Positions 1 to 9,820 of a DNA stretch of 55,469 nt are shown here, piece after piece. The notes beneath the pieces were generated by a model. The model was given only the letters and a program-made list of their open reading frames with translations, made no database searches and was not told the origin of the DNA. The position numbers were made by a program, and so were the translations under genes. Every line of letters starts with the position of its first letter. Position 1 is the first letter of the stretch. This DNA is from Dehalococcoidia bacterium (GTDB taxonomy: Bacteria; Chloroflexota; Dehalococcoidia; GIF9; AB-539-J10), in contig PWZA01000022.1 of assembly GCA_003567655.1 (NCBI GenBank), positions 1-55,469 of the forward strand, in the 5' to 3' direction.

Positions 1-1638
1 AGACTGTGCAGGCTCGATTTTCTGAAGATTATGGACCGGCTCAAGGACAGACCTGACGGCAAGTTCATCGAGGTGACTGCCATAACTCCGACACCGCTGG
101 GTGAGGGAAAGACCACGACCAGTATGGGCCTTTTGGAGGGGATGGGCAAGAGAGGGTGGAATGTCGGTGGCTGTATACGTCAGCCCTCGGGCGGTCCGAG
201 TATGAATATCAAGGGTACGGCTGCGGGCGGCGGAAACGCCCTTCTTATTCCTATGACCGAGTTTTCCCTGGGACTCACCGGTGATATCAATGACATAATG
301 AACGCCCACAATCTGGCCATGGTGGCGCTTACTTCGCGGATGCAGCATGAGCGGAACTATAACGATGAGGAACTGGCGAAGCGCACGAGGATGCGCCGTC
401 TGAATGTCGATCCGACGAAGGTGGAGATGGGCTGGATTATAGATTTCTGTGCCCAGAGCCTGAGGAACATAGTAATAGGTCTGGGCGGCCGCATGGACGG
501 CTACACAATGCAGTCCAAGTTCGGCATCGCTGTGAGCTCTGAGCTCATGGCCATGCTGTCTATCGTTACAGACCTGGCAGACCTTCGGATGAGGATGGAC
601 GATATCACCGTTGCTTTCGATAGGGATGGCAAGGCCGTTACTACAGGTGATCTGGAGGTCGGCGGTGCCATGACTGCCTGGATGCGCAACACGATAAACC
701 CCACGCTGATGTGCACGGCTGAGTATCAGCCCTGTCTGGTGCATGCCGGTCCCTTTGCCAACATCGCTGTTGGGCAGTCTTCCATCATCGGTGACCGCAT
801 GGCCCTTAAGATGTTCGACTATCATGTAACGGAGAGTGGATTTGCGGCCGACATAGGGTTCGAGAAGTTCTGGAACGTAAAATGTCGTCTCAGCGGTCTC
901 AAGCCGCATGTATCGGTGTTGACCACTACCATTAGGGCGCTCAAGATGCATGGCGGCGGACCGGCGGTGGTGGCCGGCCGTCCCTTGCCGGAGTCGTACA
1001 CCAAGGAGGATCTCGGGTTGCTGGAGAAGGGCCTTCCCAACATGCTGCATCACATCAACACCATCAGGGCGGCGGGTATAAACCCTGTGGTTTGCATCAA
1101 CGCATTCCACACCGACACCGAGGCTGAGATCGCCATGGTGCGCAAGGCAGCCGAGGCAGCCGGGGCGCGCTGTGCCCTTAGTGAGCACTGGCTCAAGGGT
1201 GGTGACGGAGCTTTGGAGCTTGCCGACACCGTCAAGGAAGCCTGTGAGGAGAAGAATGAGTTCAAGTTCCTCTACCCCATGGAAACGAAGCTGCGAGAGA
1301 GGGTGGATAAGATCGCCAGGGTGGTTTACGGAGCCGATGGAGTGTCATGGACTGCCGATGCCGAGGCCAAGGCCAAGATGCTCGAGTCCGATTCCAGGTA
1401 TGATGATTATGCGACCATGATGGTCAAGACCCATCTGAGTCTGTCGCACGACCCAACCCTTAAGGGTGTTCCCAAGGGATGGATTCTGCCTATCCGGGAT
1501 GTGTTGATCTACTCCGGAGCGAAGTTCCTCTGCCCGTGCGCCGGGACGATCAGCCTCATGCCGGGAACCAGTTCCGACCCGGCTTTCAGAAGGGTAGATG
1601 TTGACACTAAGACCGGCAAGGTTCAGGGGCTCTTCTAG
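1..1638 (+). CDS. fhs: Formate--tetrahydrofolate ligase (5' end truncated by window edge)
   Basis: Frame 1 is open from nt 1 with no upstream stop. The P-loop-like FTHFS signature [15 protein letters not shown] is present. Full-length FTHFS is about 555 aa and about 545 are visible here. Confidence 0.93.
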   Translation, partial: RLCRLDFLKIMDRLKDRPDGKFIEVTAITPTPLGEGKTTTSMGLLEGMGKRGWNVGGCIRQPSGGPSMNIKGTAAGGGNALLIPMTEFSLGLTGDINDIMNAHNLAMVALTSRMQHERNYNDEELAKRTRMRRLNVDPTKVEMGWIIDFCAQSLRNIVIGLGGRMDGYTMQSKFGIAVSSELMAMLSIVTDLADLRMRMDDITVAFDRDGKAVTTGDLEVGGAMTAWMRNTINPTLMCTAEYQPCLVHAGPFANIAVGQSSIIGDRMALKMFDYHVTESGFAADIGFEKFWNVKCRLSGLKPHVSVLTTTIRALKMHGGGPAVVAGRPLPESYTKEDLGLLEKGLPNMLHHINTIRAAGINPVVCINAFHTDTEAEIAMVRKAAEAAGARCALSEHWLKGGDGALELADTVKEACEEKNEFKFLYPMETKLRERVDKIARVVYGADGVSWTADAEAKAKMLESDSRYDDYATMMVKTHLSLSHDPTLKGVPKGWILPIRDVLIYSGAKFLCPCAGTISLMPGTSSDPAFRRVDVDTKTGKVQGLF

Positions 1639-1678
1639 GAGTCTACAGACAGCCAAGGAAAGCACTGACTGCGCCGAG

Positions 1679-2371
1679 ATGTCCTCTCCGGGTGAGAGGA
1701 CAGAGGTGAGGGTACTGGCAAGAGTCAAAGGCGTTTCCCTGACCATAGACGGCAGGAAGATAGGAGCTGCCCCGGGACAGACAGTCCTGTGGGCAGCTCT
1801 TGATAACGGCATCTACATTCCCAACCTCTGCGCCATGCGGGAAAGTAGTGAGCCCTCCGCTTCCTGCCGCCTGTGTTTCGTGGAGGTGGAAGGGACGGAT
1901 GATCCGGTAATTGCCTGTTTTACGCCTGTGGAGGAAGGGATGGTGGTTAATACCGGAGGTGAACAGGCTTTGCGGCTGGCCCGCACGGCCCTGGAGTTGC
2001 TTCTGGCCAGCCATCCTGTCGATTGTGGCCAGTGTCCGAGTAGCGGCTCGTGTGAATTGCAGAAGATAGCCGGTCACCTCAACGTGAAGCTTAGCTCTAA
2101 GAGGTTCAAGAGGCACCTGCCCGAACTGCCAGTGGACTCTAGCAGCAAGCTGTTCATCTACGATCCGAATAAATGTGTACTGTGTGGTAGGTGCGTATGG
2201 GTTTGCCAGGAAAAGCCTGATAGAGGGAAGATCGGTTTTGCCTACCGCGGGTTTAGCAGGATAGTGACTACTTTTGGTGATGAGCCCATCGGAAGGGCTG
2301 CCTGTGGGGACTGCAGCGATTGTGTTGCCGTTTGCCCTGTGGGCGCACTGTTCTTCCGTAACACTACATAG
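1679..2371 (+). CDS. 2Fe-2S / 4Fe-4S cluster-binding protein (NuoG/HydA N-terminal-like module)
   Basis: It has a 2Fe-2S ferredoxin-like N-terminus (TIDGRKI...CRLCFVEV), an HPxDCxxC motif (SHPVDCGQCPSSGSCELQ), and CVLCGRCVWVC plus CGDCSDCVAVCP ferredoxin motifs. The ATG at 1679 was chosen because the longer ORF (1598) overlaps fhs. Confidence 0.7.
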   Translation: MSSPGERTEVRVLARVKGVSLTIDGRKIGAAPGQTVLWAALDNGIYIPNLCAMRESSEPSASCRLCFVEVEGTDDPVIACFTPVEEGMVVNTGGEQALRLARTALELLLASHPVDCGQCPSSGSCELQKIAGHLNVKLSSKRFKRHLPELPVDSSSKLFIYDPNKCVLCGRCVWVCQEKPDRGKIGFAYRGFSRIVTTFGDEPIGRAACGDCSDCVAVCPVGALFFRNTT

Positions 2372-2401
2372 AGCACTGCGGTTGGAGATGGCACATCACT
2401 G

Positions 2402-2430
2402 TTGACAGGGTATTGCAGGCGGTGTATATA
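2402..2430 (+). promoter_or_regulatory. Sigma-70-like promoter upstream of ald (TTGACA-17 nt-TATATA)
   Basis: TTGACA lies at 2402-2407, followed by a 17-nt spacer and TATATA at 2425-2430, about 100 nt upstream of the ald ATG. This is a sequence match only. Confidence 0.4.
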
Positions 2431-2532
2431 GCGGTAGGCATGGCTGTGTTTTGGGTATTTGTGTCTTTGCAGTTGCGCGTGTAGAGGGGTTAAGCAAAGG
2501 TTGACGGGCGGACAAGGTGAAAAGGAGGAGAC

Positions 2533-3636
2533 ATGATTGTAGGTGTTCTGAGGGAGATCAAGAACCATGAGTACAGAGTAGGGCTGATTCCCGCTGCGGT
2601 GCGGGTCCTTGTTGAAAGCGGCCACAAAGTGATGGTTGAAGGGTCTGCGGGTGAGGGGAGTGGCATAGCCGATGACGAGTATACTAGAGCCGGTGCCGTG
2701 ATGGTTCGTTCTGCGGGAGATGTCTATTCTGCGGCTGAGATGGTGGTTAAGGTCAAGGAACCTCTTCCTGAGGAGTATGAACTGCTGGGTGAAGGGCAGG
2801 TACTGTTCACCTTTCTACACCTGGCTGCGGTACCCGATCTGACAAGGGTGTTGTTGCAGCGTAAGGTCACCGGCATTGCCTATGAGACAGTGCAGCTTGA
2901 TGATGGCTCTTTGCCCTTGTTGACCCTCATGAGTGAGATTGCCGGCAAGATGTCCGTTCAAATCGGGTGCCATTACCTGGAGAGACAGAACGGTGGTAGT
3001 GGAGTGTTGCTGGGCGGGATTCCGGGTACAGGTCCGGGCAGTGTTGCTGTGATCGGTGGTGGCAGTGTCGGTACCAATGCCGCCAAAATTGCTCTAGGCA
3101 TGGGTGCCAGCGTTACTATACTGGACACAAACGTTGATCGATTGAGGTATTTGTCCGATGTCTTGCAGGGGAGGATCGTTTGTCTCGCCTCAAACAGCGC
3201 TAACATCGAGAGGGTCGTTGCCGGGGCGGATCTGGTTGTAGGAGCGGTGTTGATACCTGGGGCAAAGGCACCGCGTCTGGTTACCCGGGATATGATCGCC
3301 GGGATGAGGAAGGGTTCTGTAGTTGTCGATGTGTCTATCGACCAGGGAGGATGTGTCGAGGGGGCCGTTCCCACTACCTTTGACAACCCGATCTATGACG
3401 TGGACGGTGTGACTTTCTGCTGTCTGGCAAATATGCCCAGCGCTGTTGCCAGGACCTCTACGTTCGCGCTGGCCAATGCCACCATGCCTTATACTCTGAA
3501 GCTAGCAAACGTGGGTTACGAAGAGGCTGTCTCCTCCGATGCTGCCCTGAAAAAGGGTGTAAACACCTTTCAGGGTAAGCTGACCAACAGGGCAGTCGCA
3601 GAGTCGCTGGGTCTGGAATATGCGCCGCTTGAATGA
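2533..3636 (+). CDS. ald: Alanine dehydrogenase
   Basis: The N-terminus MIVGVLREIKNHEYRVGLIPA is typical of Ald. The Rossmann motif VAVIGGGSVGTNAA is present. An AAAGGAGGAG RBS precedes the ATG, and the length is 367 aa. Confidence 0.93.
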   Translation: MIVGVLREIKNHEYRVGLIPAAVRVLVESGHKVMVEGSAGEGSGIADDEYTRAGAVMVRSAGDVYSAAEMVVKVKEPLPEEYELLGEGQVLFTFLHLAAVPDLTRVLLQRKVTGIAYETVQLDDGSLPLLTLMSEIAGKMSVQIGCHYLERQNGGSGVLLGGIPGTGPGSVAVIGGGSVGTNAAKIALGMGASVTILDTNVDRLRYLSDVLQGRIVCLASNSANIERVVAGADLVVGAVLIPGAKAPRLVTRDMIAGMRKGSVVVDVSIDQGGCVEGAVPTTFDNPIYDVDGVTFCCLANMPSAVARTSTFALANATMPYTLKLANVGYEEAVSSDAALKKGVNTFQGKLTNRAVAESLGLEYAPLE

Positions 3637-3871
3637 TTTGCGGTGTGATATTATGTGAATCACTAAGTAGCTGAATCTGCTGCCGGTTGCCGCAGAGTCG
3701 AGGATGCGAGGGGATGGTGGCGCATGCCCGGCCTGCCCGGTCTGATCATATCTTGTACTGCGCGTTTGCAGACCCCGTCCAGCCGACCGGTATTTCGCTA
3801 TCAGGTGCTGATCGCCTCTAACTTCGGCCAGGGTCTTGTTGCTGGTGACTCAGTGTGTTAAATTTGAGGCC

Positions 3872-5308
3872 ATGGACAAAGACGTGAAGCAAGAGGATTT
3901 TCAGATTATCCCGCCACCGTACAGGATCAAGGTTGTAGAACTGCTATCCAAAGAGCAGATGGACATCGCCAACAACAGAGAGAGACGAGAGGAGGCGATT
4001 GCCAAGGCTGGCTATAACACGTTTCTGCTGAAGGAAGACCAGGTTTACATCGACTTTCTTACCGATAGCGGAACCGGTGCCATGTCCGATAATCAGTGGG
4101 CAGGCATGATGCTGGGAGATGAGGCATATGCCGGCAGCAAGAACTTCTATAACCTGGATAAGGCTGTGCGGGGTGTTTATGGCTATAGATATCTGGTCCC
4201 GACCCATCAGGGCAGGGCAGCCGAGCACATAATGTCGGAGCTTCTGATAAGGCCGGGCGATTCAGTGCCCAATAACATGTACTTCACCACGCGCAGGGTT
4301 CACCAGGAACTCGCCGGTGCTACCTGGGTGGACGTGAGCATCGATGAGGCGCATGACCCTGAGAGCTGGCATCCTTTCAAGGGCAACGTCGACTTGAAGA
4401 AGCTCCAGGGGCTTATAAAGGACGTGGGGCGTGAGAGAATACCCTATATGTCTATCGAGTCCAATGTCAATATGGCGGGTGGCCAGCCGTTCTCCATGGA
4501 TAACCTGTCATCCCTGAGGCAACTATGTGACGAACACAAGATTCCGGTCATGCTTGACGGCACTAGACTGGTAGAGAATGCCTACTTCATCCAGCGAAGA
4601 GAGGCCGGCTATGAGAACAAGATGGTAAGGCAGATCGTCCGTGAGATCTGCTCCTATACGGACGGGATAACGGTCTCCGGCAAGAAGGACGCTCTCGTCA
4701 ACATCGGAGGGTTTCTTGCCTGCAATGATAAGAAGCTGTTCCTGGAGGCAAAGGCCATGGTGGTTGTCTATGAGGGGCTGCATACTTACGGAGGCCTGGC
4801 CGGGCGCGATATGGAGGCCATGGCGCGTGGGATCTACGAGATGGTGCAGGACCGGCATGTGGCGGCCAGAGTCAACCAGGTTGAATATCTGGGACACCTC
4901 TTGCTCCAGGCCGGGGTTCCCATCGTGGTGCCCGTGGGCGGGCATGCCGTATTTCTAGATGCGAAGCGGTTTTTGCCGCACATTCCTCAGGAGCATTATC
5001 CCTCTCAGGCCTTGAGCGCTGCCCTCTATGTAGAATCGGGTGTCAGGGGTATGGAAAGAGGGGTTGTCTCTTCGGGCAGGGATCCGGTAACCGGCCTTGA
5101 GAGGAAGCCGAAGCTGGAGCTGGTTCGATTGGCCGTACCGCGGCGCGCCTATGGTTGCGCGGATATGGAGTTCGTGGCGCAGGCCATTATCAGGCTCTAC
5201 AAGAAGCGGAAGAGGGGGTGCGGGCTGAAGATGGTGTACGAGACGGAGCGCCTCAGGTTTTTTCAGGCAAGGTTCAAGCCTATCGGGGGTAGCTTAATGG
5301 AGCGCTGA
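3872..5308 (+). CDS. tpl: Beta-eliminating lyase, tyrosine phenol-lyase-like (tryptophanase/TPL family)
   Basis: The PLP-lysine motif SGKKDALVNIGG is present. AMSDNQWAGMMLGDEAYAGS and NMYFTTRRVHQE match my recollection of Citrobacter TPL better than E. coli TnaA. ATG 3872 is preferred over the TTG at 3836. Confidence 0.8.
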   Translation: MDKDVKQEDFQIIPPPYRIKVVELLSKEQMDIANNRERREEAIAKAGYNTFLLKEDQVYIDFLTDSGTGAMSDNQWAGMMLGDEAYAGSKNFYNLDKAVRGVYGYRYLVPTHQGRAAEHIMSELLIRPGDSVPNNMYFTTRRVHQELAGATWVDVSIDEAHDPESWHPFKGNVDLKKLQGLIKDVGRERIPYMSIESNVNMAGGQPFSMDNLSSLRQLCDEHKIPVMLDGTRLVENAYFIQRREAGYENKMVRQIVREICSYTDGITVSGKKDALVNIGGFLACNDKKLFLEAKAMVVVYEGLHTYGGLAGRDMEAMARGIYEMVQDRHVAARVNQVEYLGHLLLQAGVPIVVPVGGHAVFLDAKRFLPHIPQEHYPSQALSAALYVESGVRGMERGVVSSGRDPVTGLERKPKLELVRLAVPRRAYGCADMEFVAQAIIRLYKKRKRGCGLKMVYETERLRFFQARFKPIGGSLMER

Positions 5309-5477
5309 CGTGATAGGTCTTCATGCAGTCCGAGCCGTTGACATCGTTGTGGAGTGACGTGATAAAGTGTATAGAGTTACCACTTGATCTCGAGACTACG
5401 TAAGAAGGAGGTGTGACGGCATATAGTGTGTGAGTGAGATCTCGAAGCGACAAACTGATATAGACAGGAGGCGAACT

Positions 5478-7853
5478 ATGCGGATTAGGAAGCTATTGGT
5501 ATCTGTGCTGATGGTGATGCTTGTGGTCGGCTTGCTGGGCTCGTCAGGCCTGGCTGCTGCGCCGCCAGAGAAAGCAGATTTCCTGATTGGGTTTCATGCG
5601 GCGCCCGGTCCTGCAGAGCAGGCCCTGGTGCGTGGTGTTGGCGGTGACATCTACTGGCAGTTCAGCATCGTTAATGTCATTGCCGCACATATGAGCCCTC
5701 GGGCTGCCGATGCCGTGGCTCGGAGTCCTAGGGTGGCCTATGTTGAGCCAGACGGTCGCATGTATGCTCTGGAACAGACGGTCCCCTGGGGAATCGACCG
5801 GGTGTTCGGCGATGAGGATTATACTTTTCCCACTTGGGACATGTCTGACGGGCTCGGAATCGGAGTGGCTGTGCTCGATACAGGCATAAGCACGACTCAT
5901 CCGGATCTTGAGGTGGTGGGCGGTCGTAGATTTTACACCGTAATGACAGGTCCTCCCCATGATCGACTGCGAGAAGACGGTAACTACGAGGACGATCACG
6001 GGCATGGCACGCATGTGGCGGGGAGTGTGGCAGCTTTGGATAACAGCTTTGGGGTGGTGGGTGTTGCTCCTCAGGTTGAGCTTTACGCCGTGAAGGTCCT
6101 GGATGCAGGCGGCAGCGGTAGTGTTTCTGCTATAGCAGCAGGGATCGATTGGGCGGTTGACAATGGCATTCCGGTGCTGAACATGAGCCTCGGTAGCGGG
6201 ACGCATTCACAGACGCTCAAGGATGCATGTGATAATGCATACGCCGCGGGACATCTTGTGGTTGCCGCTGCTGGGAACGAGGGTAACTTGGATGGTACTG
6301 GTGACAACGTGGGCTACCCGGCGCAGTACGACTCGGTGATTGCCGTTGCCGCCTCAGATGTCAACGATCAGAGGGCGTCGTTCTCCAGCACCGGCCCGGC
6401 TGTGGAGTTGATAGCGCCCGGGGCGGACATTCTTAGCACCATTCCATGGACGGATGAGGCAGGTTTGACCGTAGGCGGGGTGTCCTATCAGGCTAATCAC
6501 ATCGAGAACGCAGCGCGGACTGATGAGTCCGGGGTTACGGCTGGTTTGGTGGATGGAGGTCTTGCTACCAGCACGAATCCTGCCTGGTCAGGTAAGGTGG
6601 TGCTGGTGGAGCGAGGTGAGATCAGTTTCTACGACAAGGTCATGAACGTCCAAGACAGTGGTGGCGTGGCAGCGGTTATCTACAACAATGAGCCGGGGAA
6701 CTTCTACGGGACCCTGGGAGACGGCTCCAGTAACATCCCTGCTATTACGCTGAGCCAGGAGGATGGCCAATACCTTGTCGATTACGAACTCGGCACCGAT
6801 GGCACCGTGGTCAGTTTGTACGACCCCGATACTCCTGGATATGCCTCGTGGGGTGGCACTTCTATGGCCTCGCCGCACGTGGCAGGTGTCGCTGCCCTGG
6901 TGTGGGCGGCCGATCCTGCTCTTACTAATGTCGAGATAAGGGCGATCCTTCAGGGTACTGGGGAAGATCTGGGACTGCCTTGGAACCACCAGGGCTATGG
7001 TATGGTGCGGGCTGACCTGGCTGTGAGGGAGGTTGGAGAGGTTGAGCCGCCGCCTCCGCCTGAGGAGTATGTCCTCAGTGTCTCCAGCACTGGCGGAGGC
7101 TCGGTAGCCGAGCCTGGTGAGGGAGATTTTGTCTACGAAGAGGGCACCGTGGTGGACCTTCTGGCAGTGGCTGACAGCGGGTATGAGTTCGTTGAGTGGA
7201 CAGGCGACACCGGCACGATCGCCGATGTCAACTCTGCCTCGACCACGATAACAATGAACGGCGACTACTCCATCGGAGCCAGCTTCGAAGAGAAGCCACC
7301 GGCTACCTATTATGATCTGACCGTTTCCAGTGGTGTCGGTGGCTCCGTAACCGAGCCCGGTGAAGGCACCTTCACCTATGAGGAAGGCACAGTGGTTGAC
7401 CTCGTAGCTGTGGCTGACAGCGGGTATAAATTCGTTGAGTGGACAGGCGACACAGGCACGATCGCCGATGTCAATTCTGCCTCGACCACGATAACAATGA
7501 ACGGCGACTACTCCATCACCGCCACCTTTGCAGAATCTATTGCGGAAGGCATGGTGCGAGTCGATTCCATCACCTATTCGACCAGAGGCGGACGGTTCAA
7601 CGACAGGCATCTGGATGTTACGCTGTTGTTGCTGGACAACGATGACAATCCCGTGGCGGACGCGTCGGTTTCGGCCACGCTCTATCGCAACGGAGCATCC
7701 TGGAACTTCCAGGGAACCACGGGATCCAACGGCGCCGTTGTCTTCACCCTTAACAATCATGGTAGCGGTTGCTATGAAACGGAAGTAACAGCTGTCGAGG
7801 CTGATGGGTTGGATTGGGACGGTGTGACCCCTGAAAACGGCTACTGCAAGTAG
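5478..7853 (+). CDS. Secreted subtilisin-like serine protease (peptidase S8) with PA-like insert and C-terminal tandem beta-repeat domains
   Basis: The catalytic triad contexts VAVLDTGI, HGHGTHVAG and GTSMASPHVAG are present. The signal peptide is MRIRKLLVSVLMVMLVVGLLGSSGLAAAP. An AGGAGG RBS lies 7 nt before ATG 5478. Two 81-aa repeats follow a PPPPP linker. Confidence 0.9.
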   Translation: MRIRKLLVSVLMVMLVVGLLGSSGLAAAPPEKADFLIGFHAAPGPAEQALVRGVGGDIYWQFSIVNVIAAHMSPRAADAVARSPRVAYVEPDGRMYALEQTVPWGIDRVFGDEDYTFPTWDMSDGLGIGVAVLDTGISTTHPDLEVVGGRRFYTVMTGPPHDRLREDGNYEDDHGHGTHVAGSVAALDNSFGVVGVAPQVELYAVKVLDAGGSGSVSAIAAGIDWAVDNGIPVLNMSLGSGTHSQTLKDACDNAYAAGHLVVAAAGNEGNLDGTGDNVGYPAQYDSVIAVAASDVNDQRASFSSTGPAVELIAPGADILSTIPWTDEAGLTVGGVSYQANHIENAARTDESGVTAGLVDGGLATSTNPAWSGKVVLVERGEISFYDKVMNVQDSGGVAAVIYNNEPGNFYGTLGDGSSNIPAITLSQEDGQYLVDYELGTDGTVVSLYDPDTPGYASWGGTSMASPHVAGVAALVWAADPALTNVEIRAILQGTGEDLGLPWNHQGYGMVRADLAVREVGEVEPPPPPEEYVLSVSSTGGGSVAEPGEGDFVYEEGTVVDLLAVADSGYEFVEWTGDTGTIADVNSASTTITMNGDYSIGASFEEKPPATYYDLTVSSGVGGSVTEPGEGTFTYEEGTVVDLVAVADSGYKFVEWTGDTGTIADVNSASTTITMNGDYSITATFAESIAEGMVRVDSITYSTRGGRFNDRHLDVTLLLLDNDDNPVADASVSATLYRNGASWNFQGTTGSNGAVVFTLNNHGSGCYETEVTAVEADGLDWDGVTPENGYCK
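7068..7535 (+). repeat. Tandem 243-nt (81-aa) direct repeat inside the protease gene
   Basis: Unit 1 starts at about 7068 and unit 2 at about 7311. The cores 7167-7274 and 7410-7517 differ at only about 4 of 107 nt. Each encodes ...VADSGY(E/K)FVEWTGDTGTIADVNSASTTITMNGDYSI... Confidence 0.85.
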
Positions 7854-7875
7854 AATTGTAGCAGTTAAGTAACAC

Positions 7876-7905
7876 AGAGGGGTTGGGTTCTTACCCAACC
7901 CCTCT
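7876..7905. terminator. Bidirectional intrinsic terminator-like hairpin between the protease gene and speE
   Basis: A perfect 13-bp stem AGAGGGGTTGGGT / ACCCAACCCCTCT has a TCTT loop. It is followed by a T-containing tract (GATTTGTATATAT) and lies between convergent genes. Confidence 0.6.
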
Positions 7906-8135
7906 GATTTGTATATATGCGCCTGCGTTGTGCATTTGGATCGAGAAAAGCATGGGGTGCCGCTATGGTGGCAGCGGACTGCAGATCAGAGGTAACGCCC
8001 AGGCCGCCGAATCTGCATCGCAGGCAGTTCAAGTTGTGACACTTACTGAGGGCATGCGAATCGCTTTGACTGTGCCATCCGGAGATCACTCATGCGATGC
8101 GGGAAAGGTGAGATGGGTGAGTCGGGCAGGTCGGT

Positions 8136-9071
8136 TCAGTAGGCTGAGATGGGTTCTGCGTCGGTGATGATTCTCTTGCAAGATGCCAGCTTCTGGCGAA
8201 TGTGCTTGGGGATGGCAAAGACAGACTGATGTGTGATGCCATCATAAGACTTGAGCTCCTTTGATACTCTTGCTGAAATCGTGCTGTCGATCTGCTCACA
8301 GGTTAAGGCAATGGGGTCTAGGCTCTGCGAAGCGCAGACAAAGCCCCATACGCCCAAAAAGGAGGGCACATGAGCACGATAGGGGCGCGTTACTGAGAAG
8401 ACGCTGCTGAGCGTATTTAAGATGGCGGTGAAGTTGGACATGTTAGTCAGTTCAGCGGATTCAGCCTGTACTGACATAATGCCGCCTGGCTTCAGCTTTT
8501 GCTCCACTGCCTGATAGAATTCCCTTGTGTATAGCAGGCGTGCCGGTCCCCCCTCCAGGGGATCAACAAGGTCTATTATGATTACATCGAACTGTTCGCT
8601 AGTCTGCTCCAGATAGTTCCTGGCATCGACAAAGTGCAGCTCCGTCCTGGGGTCGTCAAAGGCTTGCTGGTGCCAGGACGGCAGAAGACGGCGACAGATA
8701 TCTACCACCTGCTCGTCTATATCCACCATGACGGCTCTTTTCACCGTCTTATGAGCCAGGACTTCTCTCAGTGTCGCACCCTCGCCTCCACCGGCGATGA
8801 ACACGCCTTCTGGCCCGGGGTGACTGAGCATTGCCGGATGAGCTAGGGCTTCATGATAGACGAACTCGTCCGCCTCACTGGACTGAATCTTGCCATCGAG
8901 GACGAGACAGACCCCAAAGCCATCAGTTCTTATGATCTCTACGGACTGAAAGCTAGTTCGTTCAGAGTATATCCTATCACTGATGCTGTGCAGTGCAGTC
9001 AGATTAGGTGACAGATGGTCGCGAAACCACTTATGCTTATTATCCGGGTCACTATCCTTCATTTTGTGCAC
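8136..9071 (-). CDS. speE: Spermidine synthase (polyamine aminopropyltransferase)
   Basis: The family motifs are present: FQSVEI...LVLDGKIQSSEADEFVYHEALAHP, VFIAGGGEGATLREVLAH and VMVDIDEQVV. It overlaps speH by 13 nt, indicating an operon. Confidence 0.9.
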   Translation of the reverse strand: MHKMKDSDPDNKHKWFRDHLSPNLTALHSISDRIYSERTSFQSVEIIRTDGFGVCLVLDGKIQSSEADEFVYHEALAHPAMLSHPGPEGVFIAGGGEGATLREVLAHKTVKRAVMVDIDEQVVDICRRLLPSWHQQAFDDPRTELHFVDARNYLEQTSEQFDVIIIDLVDPLEGGPARLLYTREFYQAVEQKLKPGGIMSVQAESAELTNMSNFTAILNTLSSVFSVTRPYRAHVPSFLGVWGFVCASQSLDPIALTCEQIDSTISARVSKELKSYDGITHQSVFAIPKHIRQKLASCKRIITDAEPISAY

Positions 9072-9433
9072 CTTGCCTGGCTGTCCTCCATGAGACCTCT
9101 GCGCAGCTCGATAAGGGAGTGGCTTTGCGCGCCTAGCTTCTCAGTTATCATCCTGGCAGCTTTCTCCGGGTCTACGTCACATCCGCATGTAAACACGTCC
9201 ACTGCGGCATATTGAAACTCAGGCCAGGTGTGTATGGCGATGTGAGACTCAGCGATGTTGATCACTCCACTCACTCCGCAAGGGGAGAAATGATAGAAGG
9301 ACTCGCCTACTACGGTGGCGCCGCTCTGAATGGCGGCTTCATTGAGGCAGTCCCTGAGAAAATCTAGGTCATCGAGCACCTCCTGATTACAGATCTTCAG
9401 TTCCAGTAGCAGATGTCTTCCAAGCGCATTCAA
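9059..9433 (-). CDS. speH: S-adenosylmethionine decarboxylase proenzyme (SpeH/SpeD class 1)
   Basis: GRHLLLELKIC and the self-processing region AESHIAIHTWPE are present. The in-frame TTG at 9433 lies 8 nt downstream of AAGGAGG and gives about 124 aa, the typical length. The ORF-track start at 9484 has no RBS. Confidence 0.85.
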   Translation of the reverse strand: MNALGRHLLLELKICNQEVLDDLDFLRDCLNEAAIQSGATVVGESFYHFSPCGVSGVINIAESHIAIHTWPEFQYAAVDVFTCGCDVDPEKAARMITEKLGAQSHSLIELRRGLMEDSQARCTK

Positions 9434-9562
9434 ATCACCTTCCCTCCTTAAGAATCCAGACTTGTGATCGACCCTACCGGGCAACAGGACGAATTTTATA
9501 TAATATCGGCCCTTTTATCAACACACAGACCGTTTCTGCTAAAATAGAGGCAGGTATAGTAT

Positions 9563-9814
9563 ATGTCTACCGACGAGCAGCTGGTTACTGTATATGTGGC
9601 GCGGCAAATCGAGGCACATATCATCAAGGGGCGTCTTGAGAGCGAAGGGATACCTGCTCTTCTGAGCTATGAGAGCGCGGGCCTGGTCTACGGGATTACT
9701 GTGGACGGGATCGGGGAGGTAAGAGTGATGGTGCCTGAGCGCCTTGCTGATGAGGCTAGGGAAGTCTTGCAGGGTGTTGGTAAAGACCGAGACACCGACC
9801 TGCGTGAGATGTGA
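9563..9814 (+). CDS. Small DUF2007-like protein (putative signal-transducing fold)
   Basis: This 83-aa ORF lies directly upstream of lysS with a 6-nt gap. The pattern VTVYVARQIEAHIIKGRLESEGIPA resembles DUF2007. The family assignment is tentative. Confidence 0.5.
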   Translation: MSTDEQLVTVYVARQIEAHIIKGRLESEGIPALLSYESAGLVYGITVDGIGEVRVMVPERLADEAREVLQGVGKDRDTDLREM

Positions 9815-9820
9815 TCTTCG

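Noticed and set aside
6588-7898. A 436-aa ORF antisense to the S8 protease gene. The same applies to other long antisense ORFs: 5544-6206, 9833-10783, 12607-13143, 12953-13948, 46696-47535, 48297-49115 and 52524-53351.
   Set aside because: Each lies entirely within a gene that has unmistakable catalytic motifs on the other strand. None shows a recognisable motif. All have the Arg/Pro/Gly/Ser-rich composition typical of shadow frames in GC-rich DNA.
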